Shown piece by piece: positions 36,556 to 45,099 of a stretch of 64,000 nucleotides of DNA. Both the position numbers and the translations under genes were made by a program. Origin of the DNA: an uncultured Bacteroidota bacterium (GTDB lineage Bacteria; Bacteroidota; Bacteroidia; Flavobacteriales; Flavobacteriaceae); contig CABYPG010000008.1 in the NCBI GenBank assembly GCA_902520765.1, positions 4,859 to 68,858 of the forward strand, given 5' to 3'. The notes below the pieces were generated by a model. The model was not told the origin of the DNA. It worked only from the letters and a program-made list of their open reading frames with translations, and searched no databases. The stretch's first letter is position 1; each line of letters begins with the position of its first letter.

Positions 36556-38826
36556 TTATTTTTTCTTTGTTTGGGCATCCACAACTGCAACAGCAGACAT
36601 ATTAACAATTTCAGATACGGAAGCACCTAACTGCAAAATATGAATTGGTTCACTTAGACCCATTAAAATTGGTCCTATAGAATGTGCTTCGTTTAATTCT
36701 TTCATAAGCTTATAGGTTATATTGGCTGCATCTAAATTTGGAAAAACCAAAATATTTACTTTTTTATTAGTAAGACTTGAAAATGGAAATCTGTCTTGTA
36801 AAAGTTTCTTATTTAGAGCAAAATCTGATTGTATAGGTCCATCAACAATTAAGTCTGGATTACTTCTGTGAAGCATAGTTACTGCTTTAGAAACTTTTTT
36901 TGCCTGTGGAAAGCGTGAAGATCCAAAATTTGAGAAGGAAAGCATCCCTATCACGGGTTCTAATCCAAAAATTTTTGCCATTTGTCCGGTCATTTGTGCA
37001 ATTTTTGCTAATTCTTTTGATGATGGATCAACGTTGATTGTTGTATCTGTTAAAAAAAGTGGTCCCGATTTTGTTAACATCAAATTTGCAGCAGCTACAC
37101 GACTAACTCCTTTATTTTTTGGGATGGTTTCTAATATAGGCTTGACAACTGATCTGTAGTTTCTAGAATAACCTGAAATCATAGCATCTGCGTCTCCATT
37201 CTTTATCATCATAGACGCAAAATAGTTTCTCTCTCTCATTAAGCGTTGTGCATCGTAAAATGTGTAACCTTTTCTTTTTTGTGAATGCCAAAAAAGCTCA
37301 GCATATTTATTTCTAATCTTATTTTGTTCGTTTTCTTTGGGATCTATTACTTCAACATCTGCATTAAATTCAATAAGATCACACAATTCTTTAATTTTTT
37401 TTCTATTTCCTAATAATATAGGTATGGCAATAGATTCTTCAAAAACAATTTGAGCGGCCTTAAGAACATCCATTTGGTCTGCTTCTGCGAAAACCAAGCG
37501 TTTAGGAGCTGATTTAGCTCGATCGTGAAGCAATCGAATCATTTTTTGAGTGTTGCCAAGACGTTGTTCTAAGTTTTCCCTGTAACGTTCCCAGTTTTGT
37601 ATTGGTTCTGTAGCTACACCTGATTCCATTGCAGCTCTTGCAACTGCAGGAGGTACAGTTGTAATTAAACGGGGATCGAAAGGTTTAGGTATAATATAGT
37701 CCCTGCCAAAACTCAATCTTGTTTCATCATAAGCTATGTTTACTTGCTCTGGAACAGACTCTTTTGCAAGATCAGCAATTGCCTTTACTGCTGCCATCTT
37801 CATTTCTTCATTTATTGAAGTTGCTTTTACATCTAGAGCACCTCTAAAAATGAAGGGAAAACCAAGTACGTTGTTTACCTGATTGGGATGATCTGAACGA
37901 CCAGTTGCCATAATAATGTCATTTCGTGTATTACAAGCATCATTATATCCAATTTCTGGATCTGGGTTAGCCATTGCAAAAACAATTGGATTAATACTCA
38001 TCTTTTTGAGCATCTTTTTTTTAAGGATATTAGGTTGTGACAAACCAATAAAGACATCAGCACCAACAATAGCCTCTTCTAACGTTTTTAGGTCTTTTTT
38101 TGTAGCAAATTGAGCTTTTTCTTGAGTAAGATCCTCACGATTTTTTTGAATCACTCCCATACTATCCAACATTACAATATTTTTGGTTCTTGCACCAAAA
38201 GAAACATATAGTTTGGCACACGCTATAGCTGCTGCACCTGCTCCAGAAACGACAATTTTCACATCTGTAATCTTTTTACCTGCAAGTTCTAGCGCATTTA
38301 AAAGAGCAGCAGCAGATATAATAGCAGTTCCGTGCTGGTCATCGTGCATAACAGGAATATCAAGTTCTTCCTTAAGCTTACGTTCAATTTCAAATGCTTC
38401 TGGTGATCTAATATCTTCTAAATTTATTCCTCCAAATGTTGGAGAAATAGCTTTAACTGCTTCAATAAATTTTTCTGGGTCTTTAGCGTCTAATTCTATG
38501 TCAAAAACATCAATACCTGCAAAAATTTTAAAAAGTAAAGCTTTACCCTCCATAACAGGTTTAGAGGCGCATGGACCAATATCTCCTAGTCCAAGAACAG
38601 CGGTACCGTTGGTAATAACAGCAACCAAGTTTCCTTTATTGGTATACTTGTAAACATCAGATTTTTGCTTTTCTATCTCATTACACGGAATGGCAACACC
38701 AGGGGAATAGGCCAATGCTAAGTCCCTTTGAGTATTATAATTTTTTGTTGGAACAACTTTTATTTTTCCAGGTATAGGTTTAGCATGATAAACTAGAGCA
38801 GCCCTTCTATGTTGCTGATTTGACAT
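36556..38826 (-). CDS. maeB: NADP-dependent malic enzyme (malic enzyme fused to a phosphate acetyltransferase-like domain)
   Basis: 756 aa with an N-terminal malic enzyme domain and NAD(P) domain (VSGAGAAAIA) and a C-terminal PTA-like domain. Confidence 0.9.
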   Translation of the reverse strand: MSNQQHRRAALVYHAKPIPGKIKVVPTKNYNTQRDLALAYSPGVAIPCNEIEKQKSDVYKYTNKGNLVAVITNGTAVLGLGDIGPCASKPVMEGKALLFKIFAGIDVFDIELDAKDPEKFIEAVKAISPTFGGINLEDIRSPEAFEIERKLKEELDIPVMHDDQHGTAIISAAALLNALELAGKKITDVKIVVSGAGAAAIACAKLYVSFGARTKNIVMLDSMGVIQKNREDLTQEKAQFATKKDLKTLEEAIVGADVFIGLSQPNILKKKMLKKMSINPIVFAMANPDPEIGYNDACNTRNDIIMATGRSDHPNQVNNVLGFPFIFRGALDVKATSINEEMKMAAVKAIADLAKESVPEQVNIAYDETRLSFGRDYIIPKPFDPRLITTVPPAVARAAMESGVATEPIQNWERYRENLEQRLGNTQKMIRLLHDRAKSAPKRLVFAEADQMDVLKAAQIVFEESIAIPILLGNRKKIKELCDLIEFNADVEVIDPKENEQNKIRNKYAELFWHSQKRKGYTFYDAQRLMRERNYFASMMIKNGDADAMISGYSRNYRSVVKPILETIPKNKGVSRVAAANLMLTKSGPLFLTDTTINVDPSSKELAKIAQMTGQMAKIFGLEPVIGMLSFSNFGSSRFPQAKKVSKAVTMLHRSNPDLIVDGPIQSDFALNKKLLQDRFPFSSLTNKKVNILVFPNLDAANITYKLMKELNEAHSIGPILMGLSEPIHILQLGASVSEIVNMSAVAVVDAQTKKK

Positions 38827-38857
38827 GAGTTAAAATTATAATGCTGAAATTACTCAA

Positions 38858-40225
38858 TTAAATTGAATCTGCCTTCGCAGGTTGGCTAACAAATAAAGAA
38901 AAAATTCCTCCTATAATAAGAAAAGTGCCCGATAGGCGTATAATATTTATTGGATTTTGTCCTAAAAGATCATAAACAATATACTGAACAGAAAAAATTT
39001 GAATAATCATTGGGATAACAATAAACATATTAAATATACCCATATAAATTCCCATTTTATTTGTTGGAATAGTTGATGCTAACATTTGATAAGGCATAGC
39101 CATCATGGACGCCCAGGTAATACCCATACAAAAGGAAAAAAGATATATTTGGGAAATTTCAATTCCACTTCCAAAGGGCAAAACAAATAAAATCTCTGTG
39201 TCATTTAATAACGGCATGCATAAAAGACCAAATCCTCCAATAGCTAAACTAAAAAAGTGTAATCTTTTGGGTCCAATTTTTTTTGCAATTGGAATTAGTG
39301 CAAAAGCAATTGAAAAACAAATAATATTGTAAGTACCATTTAAATTACCTGTCAAAAGTTGTGCCTTATTGAAAAATGAAGTTGTTTCGTCTAGGGTACC
39401 ATATAAGGAGAGTGAAAGAGCTGAAGTTAAATATTGCCAATAGCAAAACATTGCATACCAAGGAAAAAACATAACCGGTATTAACTGTTTCATAGTTGCA
39501 GGCATATTTTTGAATGCAAAAACAATATCTTGAAAAGTTTTTATTAATAAATTTTTATTTGTTTTAGAGGATTGAATTTCTTTCAACTCTTCTAAAGTAG
39601 GTGGATATTCCGAGGTGGTAAAGACAGTAATCAGGATTGTTATAATGGATGCTGCAGCACCAATTAAAAAAGCCCAATAAGTTGAAACAGGAATACCATT
39701 TTCCATTTTGTCGGTTAACGCTAATATGCCAAAGGAAACCAAAATAGCAGGTGTAAAATTGGCTAATGTAGTTCCTAGACCAGTGAAAAAACTTTGAACT
39801 AAAAAACCAAATGAAAATTGTTTTTTTGGTAATTTGTCAGAAATAAAAGCTCTGTATGGTTCCAAAGCTATGTTATTTGCAGCATCTAGAATCCATAAAA
39901 GACCAGCAGCCATCCATATTGAACTAGAGTAAGGCATAGCAATTAAAGCTAAACTTGCAATTATTGCTCCTACTAGAAAGAAAGGCTTTCTTCTACCAAG
40001 TTTAGGTGACCAAGTGCCATCGCTTATTGCTCCGATTATTGGCTGAACAACAAGACCTGTAACTGGACCCGCTAGCCATAAAATAGGTAACTCAGATTCT
40101 TCTGCACCCAAATACCTATAAATTGCACTCATATTGCTTTGTTGCAAACCAAAGCTAAATTGCACCCCGAAAAAACCAAAGTTCATGGTAATTATCTGCC
40201 AAAAACTAAGGCTTTTTTTCACCAT
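38858..40225 (-). CDS. MFS transporter, SLC45/GPH-like sugar symporter family
   Basis: 455 aa with about 12 TM helices and the GRRKPF motif after TM2. The ATG overlaps the upstream gene stop by 20 nt. Confidence 0.8.
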   Translation of the reverse strand: MVKKSLSFWQIITMNFGFFGVQFSFGLQQSNMSAIYRYLGAEESELPILWLAGPVTGLVVQPIIGAISDGTWSPKLGRRKPFFLVGAIIASLALIAMPYSSSIWMAAGLLWILDAANNIALEPYRAFISDKLPKKQFSFGFLVQSFFTGLGTTLANFTPAILVSFGILALTDKMENGIPVSTYWAFLIGAAASIITILITVFTTSEYPPTLEELKEIQSSKTNKNLLIKTFQDIVFAFKNMPATMKQLIPVMFFPWYAMFCYWQYLTSALSLSLYGTLDETTSFFNKAQLLTGNLNGTYNIICFSIAFALIPIAKKIGPKRLHFFSLAIGGFGLLCMPLLNDTEILFVLPFGSGIEISQIYLFSFCMGITWASMMAMPYQMLASTIPTNKMGIYMGIFNMFIVIPMIIQIFSVQYIVYDLLGQNPINIIRLSGTFLIIGGIFSLFVSQPAKADSI

Positions 40226-41585
40226 TTGTTGTATTAAGAGTTAATAACCTGTCAGAAGTTTTTTTTGTTTGTAATTTGCTAGCAATATATGAACCTACTT
40301 TTTGGCCTTGAGAAACACCCTCAGTAATTGCCATCATGTAATGTATACCTCCATACAGTCTTGATATCGCTGCCTCTTCAGAAGCATGTATAAAAGACTT
40401 ATAGCTTCTTTCAGGAAGACCATAAGCTATTTCTGTAGTATCTACAAAACTGAAATTATCTCCGTAGATTTTTGTTAAAGTTACTGCTGCAGCCCTTGAA
40501 ATTACGGAGTGTCCACTTGTATATTCCGGGAATGGGGGGGTTTGTAATAATGGTAGCCATTCCTCATCGTAATGTTCATTAATTAATGTCTCTGGTCGCA
40601 CTACCAAAGTTCTCCATTTTTCATCCCAACAACTTATAAATGCATCAAATAAAGCAATAGAAACGTTAGCATACGCGTTTATTGTATCTGCAAAAGAACT
40701 TTTTGCTTTTCTAGTGGCTATAGAAGTTATTCCAATCCAATGTCCTCCAGGTGTAATCTTTTTTGTAGCAAACATAGAATGTCCTTTGTGATGAGTTACG
40801 TATGGATTGCAATCCCAAAACTTTGCGATTTCTACTTGTTCTTCAGTAAGTCCATTTATAACATTAAAAACCTCCATCAACTGTTTATGAAAAGGACTAT
40901 CTTTTTCTAAATCAAATGGTAATGGGTCTTTTGGGGGAAATTGGTTTGACGAATCTAAAACCATAGTTCTAATTTCTTGCCAATGAGGTTCAATTCCATC
41001 CATATAATCAGGTGGAGTTGGCTTCCAATACTTATCTTCTTCTTTGATAGCATATTTTGGAAATGTACGGGTTTGGCTGTACATATCTTTGGAAGCCCAT
41101 TCTAGAATAAATTGTGCTACTTCTTCTCCATAATTTTTGGAGGCTTTTATCACGTTTTTTGGAACATTATACTCAACCAATTTTTGATAAAATTCATTTT
41201 CAAAGGATTCCATTTTATCTTGTGAAAAAATGAGTTTTTTGCCAACACTATTAAAAGAAAATAGAGCAGCAAGGTTTGGAATTATAGCCTTATTGTCTGA
41301 TTTTGGAATTTCATTCAAATCTTTGACCTGGCCTGCAAGACTATTAAAGCTTTTGTCCTGATGCGCAGCGATTATCTCATATGCAGCTATTGTTGGATAT
41401 AAGTAGACTCTTGAAGCAACAGGTGGTGAAAAGATATCGTAAACTACAATGTCAGTAAGGTTTTGCATTGCAGACTGGAATAATTCAGGATTATCTAATT
41501 TTTGAATATATTCACTACTTTCATGTTGATTACATGATAATTGGATAAATAAGACTGAAAATATTAAAGCTCTAAGATTCCTCAT
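40206..41585 (-). CDS. Vanadium-dependent haloperoxidase / PAP2 acid-phosphatase superfamily lipoprotein
   Basis: 459 aa from ATG 41585 (MRNLRALIFSVLFIQLSC lipobox). It carries the motifs KWRTLVVRP (Kx6RP), TSGH and SRLYGGIHYMMA (SRx5Hx3, with Ala in place of the usual Asp). The ORF-track start 41630 lies within a -7 box. Confidence 0.75.
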   Translation of the reverse strand: MRNLRALIFSVLFIQLSCNQHESSEYIQKLDNPELFQSAMQNLTDIVVYDIFSPPVASRVYLYPTIAAYEIIAAHQDKSFNSLAGQVKDLNEIPKSDNKAIIPNLAALFSFNSVGKKLIFSQDKMESFENEFYQKLVEYNVPKNVIKASKNYGEEVAQFILEWASKDMYSQTRTFPKYAIKEEDKYWKPTPPDYMDGIEPHWQEIRTMVLDSSNQFPPKDPLPFDLEKDSPFHKQLMEVFNVINGLTEEQVEIAKFWDCNPYVTHHKGHSMFATKKITPGGHWIGITSIATRKAKSSFADTINAYANVSIALFDAFISCWDEKWRTLVVRPETLINEHYDEEWLPLLQTPPFPEYTSGHSVISRAAAVTLTKIYGDNFSFVDTTEIAYGLPERSYKSFIHASEEAAISRLYGGIHYMMAITEGVSQGQKVGSYIASKLQTKKTSDRLLTLNTTNGEKKP

Positions 41586-41627
41586 ACATTTATTCTTACT
41601 GAATTTAAAACAACTAATGAAAACGAT

Positions 41628-41635
41628 CAAAAGTA
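41628..41635 (-). promoter_or_regulatory. Candidate -7 promoter box (TACTTTTG) for the PAP2-like/MFS gene pair
   Basis: Exact TAnnTTTG match on the minus strand, 42 nt upstream of ATG 41585. Confidence 0.3.
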
Positions 41636-41736
41636 AAATTCAGTTTTCAACACATTATAGGGAGTTAAAAATAGGACATTTAAGTCAAATAAATTGAATA
41701 TGTAATAGTGAAATGATATTTTTTGAGTCCTAAAAA

Positions 41737-44700
41737 CTAAAACTCTTCAAACGCTAGCAGTTTGTTTTGATTTTGTGCTACCAAAATCAAAATTTTACCA
41801 TTCTTAAGCCTAACACTTTTAATCTCTCTGGCATCACCGAAAACATGAAAACCTGAATCTTGCGCGCTTACAACTTTCTCTCCTTCATTTTCATCTAAAT
41901 ATAAAATGGTCCCTTGTAATGCGTCCGTATTCCCTTCAAATGGTGCACCCCCAAAATCATTCCCTACGACAAACACTTTACGTTTATTACCAGCGCCAAA
42001 AATAAGGAAATCATTAATGGGGCCTAACTGGAGTAAATCTGGTAATGAATTAAGTTTATAATTACCTTCACCCAAATTTTCTATCCATTTAGATTCACTG
42101 TGTTTAGCTATCAAAATACTGTCATTATCTATGAATCCTTTTTCTTTATAATATTCAAAGTTAGCTTTTGAAAATGAATGATACGAATTGAATTCTTGCC
42201 TAAACATTGGACTTTGTTGGGTTAGATTGTCCCAAAATTGAATTGGATAAATATCTAATTCTCCCTTGCTATTTTGTTGGGAATTAAAAATTAAGGGATC
42301 AACACTCCCGTTTTTATCTACATCCTTAGTTGATATATACATTGGGGTTTCTGGAGATAAAGACAGCATATTATTTTTCCCTAAATTTCCTAAAATATAA
42401 TCTAAATCGCCGTCTTGGTCAATGTCAACCTGCTCAATCGCCCTCCAAAGACCCTGAGTATCTTTAAGAGTTTCTGATTCCAATTTTTCAAAACCCTTTT
42501 CTTTATTTAACAATATTGTAACAGGGCTATATTCTCCTACAAAAATTATGTCATTTCGGTTATCGCCATTGATATCAGTCCATAAAGCATCTGTTAGAAT
42601 ACCAAACGATTCTAATGGAGGAATGATAGTATCCGTAATGTCTTCAAAAAAGCCGTTATTATTTCTTAATAAAAAATTATTGTCAGCTAGTGGATAAGCT
42701 CCAGGTTTGTTGTGTCCTCCGACAAATAAATCCAAATCTCCATCATTATCAAAATCAGCTGGTCTAACAATGCAACCATTAATGTGCATCTTTGGAAGTC
42801 TATTTTGTTGATTTTTAAAATTTCCGAAGCCATCGTTAATTAACAATCTATCTTGGTACCACTCAGAGCCAATGTCATATTCGTTTCCACCGGAAACAAG
42901 ATAAAGGTCAAGATCTCCATCTTGGTCTGCATCAAAAAGAGTCATACTTTCAACTTCATATTTTTTTTCTTCCTCTTTTTGAAATAAATCCCTCGAAGTG
43001 AATTTGCTGTCGTCACTTTGTATAAAAACCCTGGGTGAAAATGATGTTGAGCTACCTACTATAAAATCTTCATTCCCGTCACTATTTATATCACCGACTG
43101 CTATACACGGACCATTTTGGGACAGTTTGTGTGGTAATAAACGCTGTTTAAAAAAGTCTTGAACGTTTTTTTCGTTATGAAAATAATTTATGTTGTATTT
43201 ACTAGAAATCTCTTTGTAAGGAAGAAGTTTTTGTTCCTCTACGAAAGGAAAAATAAGAGAATTATCAGCTAAAGCTTTGCTTTGACTGAATGTTAGTCTT
43301 TTGTTAATATTAGGGTTATTCATTTTCGATAAAAGTCCGTTTGGCCACAAAATTTCTACAGAAACTACATCCTTTAGTTTTCCAAGTCCAAAATACATTA
43401 TAGGGTCCGCAGAAGACATATAACCTCGTGATGTTTGTTGCTCTTGAAATTGAATTGAATTATCTGAGAGGCGCAAAACAACTTTTGCTCCTAGAGCATC
43501 TGGATTTAATTTATCTCCTTTGAGCTCAATTTGTAAATAATTGGGAGTATTTTCTTGCTGAGATAAGATATTTTCAAAAATAAATGCTTTGTCATTTATA
43601 TTATTTACAACGTAGTCTATATCTCCATCAAGATCAAGATCACTAAAAACAGCTCCATTAGAAAATGAGGAAATTCCTAAACCCCACTTTTTACTTACAT
43701 CTTCAAAAGTTAAGTTACCATTATTCTTGTAAGCATAGTTAGGTATTTTAACAATAGGTATGGAATCCAAAAGAGTTGATACCGGAGTATAGGCACCATA
43801 ACTAAGCCTGTAATTTGCAAAGTCCATATCAGTTATATCTCTTGGGAATCCATTAGTTATAAACAAATCCCTATTTCCATCATAGTCAAAGTCAGCAAAA
43901 AGTGGTGACCAACTCCAATCTGTTTGGTAAACACCTGAAAATTGTCCTACCTCTGAAAATGGGAGATTTGGTCCATTATTTTTAAATAGCATGTTTCGCA
44001 TATGCTGGTCTTGATAGTCCCATTTTTTATTTAATACATTTTGAAAAAAAAAGCTTTTAGATATAGTTGTTTTTCTTCGCTCATGGCTTTCTCCTAGCAT
44101 ATCAAGGGAAACTAAATCAGTATAGCCGTCATTATTAAAATCCGAAGCATCTGAACCCATTGAAAATTTACTTTGATGAGATAGATAGTTCTGGATTTCA
44201 TTTTTAAATGTTCCGTTTTTTTGATTTATATATAAAAGATCATTTGTAAGATAATCGTTTGTTATATATAGGTCTATCCACTGGTCTTTATTTATGTCAA
44301 CTGGTGTAACACTTAACCCAAAGCCTTCGAACAATATTCCTGCGTCAAGAGTCGTATCACTGAAAGTTCCATCCCCATTATTCTTATATAATTTATCATT
44401 ACTTGGGGCTGAACCATCAATTATTTTTTTTCTGTAGTTAGTTGGAATGGTCTCGTTTTGTTCATTATTTAGAACATATAAGTCTAAATCACCATCTTTA
44501 TCGTAGTCAATAAAACATGCCCCCATGGTATTACCGTCATCATCAATACCAAATTTTTCTGCTTGTTCTTCAAAAACAAGTATGTTATCCTTATTTAGAC
44601 CCTGATTTACATAAAGCCTATTTTTTCTATTATTTGTATTCATAGCTCCAGAAACGTAAATATCCATCCAACCATCTGAATTTATATCTACAACCGCTGC

Positions 44701-45036
44701 TCCTGTGGACCAAAACCCAGTTGAATTTAATTTTGAGCTATTAGTTACATTCTCAAATTTTAAATGTCCCTTGTTTAAATAGAGCTCATTTGATACCATA
44801 TTACCTGTAAAAAAAAGGTCCGGTAAACCATCTCTATTAAAGTCTGCTAATGCAACCCCTCCTCCATTAAAAATATACTCATCCGTAAGTATATTAAAGT
44901 CGTCTGTTTCAGTTATTTTATTGTTGAATTCAATACCGGTTTTGTCTGATTTCAATAAAACAAATAGCTTGTTTTGCTTTGAACAGGACTGGATTAAAAA
45001 AATTAGTGTGATTAATAAATATTTCCCTTTCATCAT
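41737..45036 (-). CDS. FG-GAP/VCBS repeat lipoprotein with central ASPIC/UnbV domain (CRTAC1 family)
   Basis: 1099 aa with the lipobox LIQSC. By eye there are at least a dozen DxDxDG-type loops (DFNRDGLPDLFF, DINSDGWMDIYV, DYDKDGDLDLYV, DADQDGDLDLYL, DIDQDGDLDYIL and others). The central block is GAKVVL...SRGYMSSADPIMYFGLG...VEILWPNG. Confidence 0.8.
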   Translation of the reverse strand: MMKGKYLLITLIFLIQSCSKQNKLFVLLKSDKTGIEFNNKITETDDFNILTDEYIFNGGGVALADFNRDGLPDLFFTGNMVSNELYLNKGHLKFENVTNSSKLNSTGFWSTGAAVVDINSDGWMDIYVSGAMNTNNRKNRLYVNQGLNKDNILVFEEQAEKFGIDDDGNTMGACFIDYDKDGDLDLYVLNNEQNETIPTNYRKKIIDGSAPSNDKLYKNNGDGTFSDTTLDAGILFEGFGLSVTPVDINKDQWIDLYITNDYLTNDLLYINQKNGTFKNEIQNYLSHQSKFSMGSDASDFNNDGYTDLVSLDMLGESHERRKTTISKSFFFQNVLNKKWDYQDQHMRNMLFKNNGPNLPFSEVGQFSGVYQTDWSWSPLFADFDYDGNRDLFITNGFPRDITDMDFANYRLSYGAYTPVSTLLDSIPIVKIPNYAYKNNGNLTFEDVSKKWGLGISSFSNGAVFSDLDLDGDIDYVVNNINDKAFIFENILSQQENTPNYLQIELKGDKLNPDALGAKVVLRLSDNSIQFQEQQTSRGYMSSADPIMYFGLGKLKDVVSVEILWPNGLLSKMNNPNINKRLTFSQSKALADNSLIFPFVEEQKLLPYKEISSKYNINYFHNEKNVQDFFKQRLLPHKLSQNGPCIAVGDINSDGNEDFIVGSSTSFSPRVFIQSDDSKFTSRDLFQKEEEKKYEVESMTLFDADQDGDLDLYLVSGGNEYDIGSEWYQDRLLINDGFGNFKNQQNRLPKMHINGCIVRPADFDNDGDLDLFVGGHNKPGAYPLADNNFLLRNNNGFFEDITDTIIPPLESFGILTDALWTDINGDNRNDIIFVGEYSPVTILLNKEKGFEKLESETLKDTQGLWRAIEQVDIDQDGDLDYILGNLGKNNMLSLSPETPMYISTKDVDKNGSVDPLIFNSQQNSKGELDIYPIQFWDNLTQQSPMFRQEFNSYHSFSKANFEYYKEKGFIDNDSILIAKHSESKWIENLGEGNYKLNSLPDLLQLGPINDFLIFGAGNKRKVFVVGNDFGGAPFEGNTDALQGTILYLDENEGEKVVSAQDSGFHVFGDAREIKSVRLKNGKILILVAQNQNKLLAFEEF

Positions 45037-45041
45037 ATATC

Positions 45042-45078
45042 AAAAAAAAACCGCGGAGCAAATATACTCCACGGTTTT
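45042..45078 (-). terminator. Intrinsic terminator downstream of susD
   Basis: The minus-strand RNA reads AAAA CCGUGGAG UAUAUUUG CUCCGCGG UUUUUUUUU. This gives an 8-bp GC-rich stem (one G-U pair), an 8-nt loop and a 9-U tail, 22 nt after the susD stop. Confidence 0.7.
45059..45066 (-). promoter_or_regulatory. Candidate -7 promoter box (TATATTTG) lying in the terminator loop, upstream of the FG-GAP/ASPIC gene
   Basis: Exact TAnnTTTG match with 22 nt between the box and ATG 45036. Confidence 0.35.
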
Positions 45079-45099
45079 GAACTTTCAAAGATTTAACTA

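Noticed and set aside
41586-41736. Inverted AGGAC / GTCCT segments in the spacer between the FG-GAP/ASPIC gene and the PAP2-like gene, considered as a terminator.
   Set aside because: The stem is only 5 bp with a loop of about 45 nt and no following U-tract, so it is not a credible hairpin.
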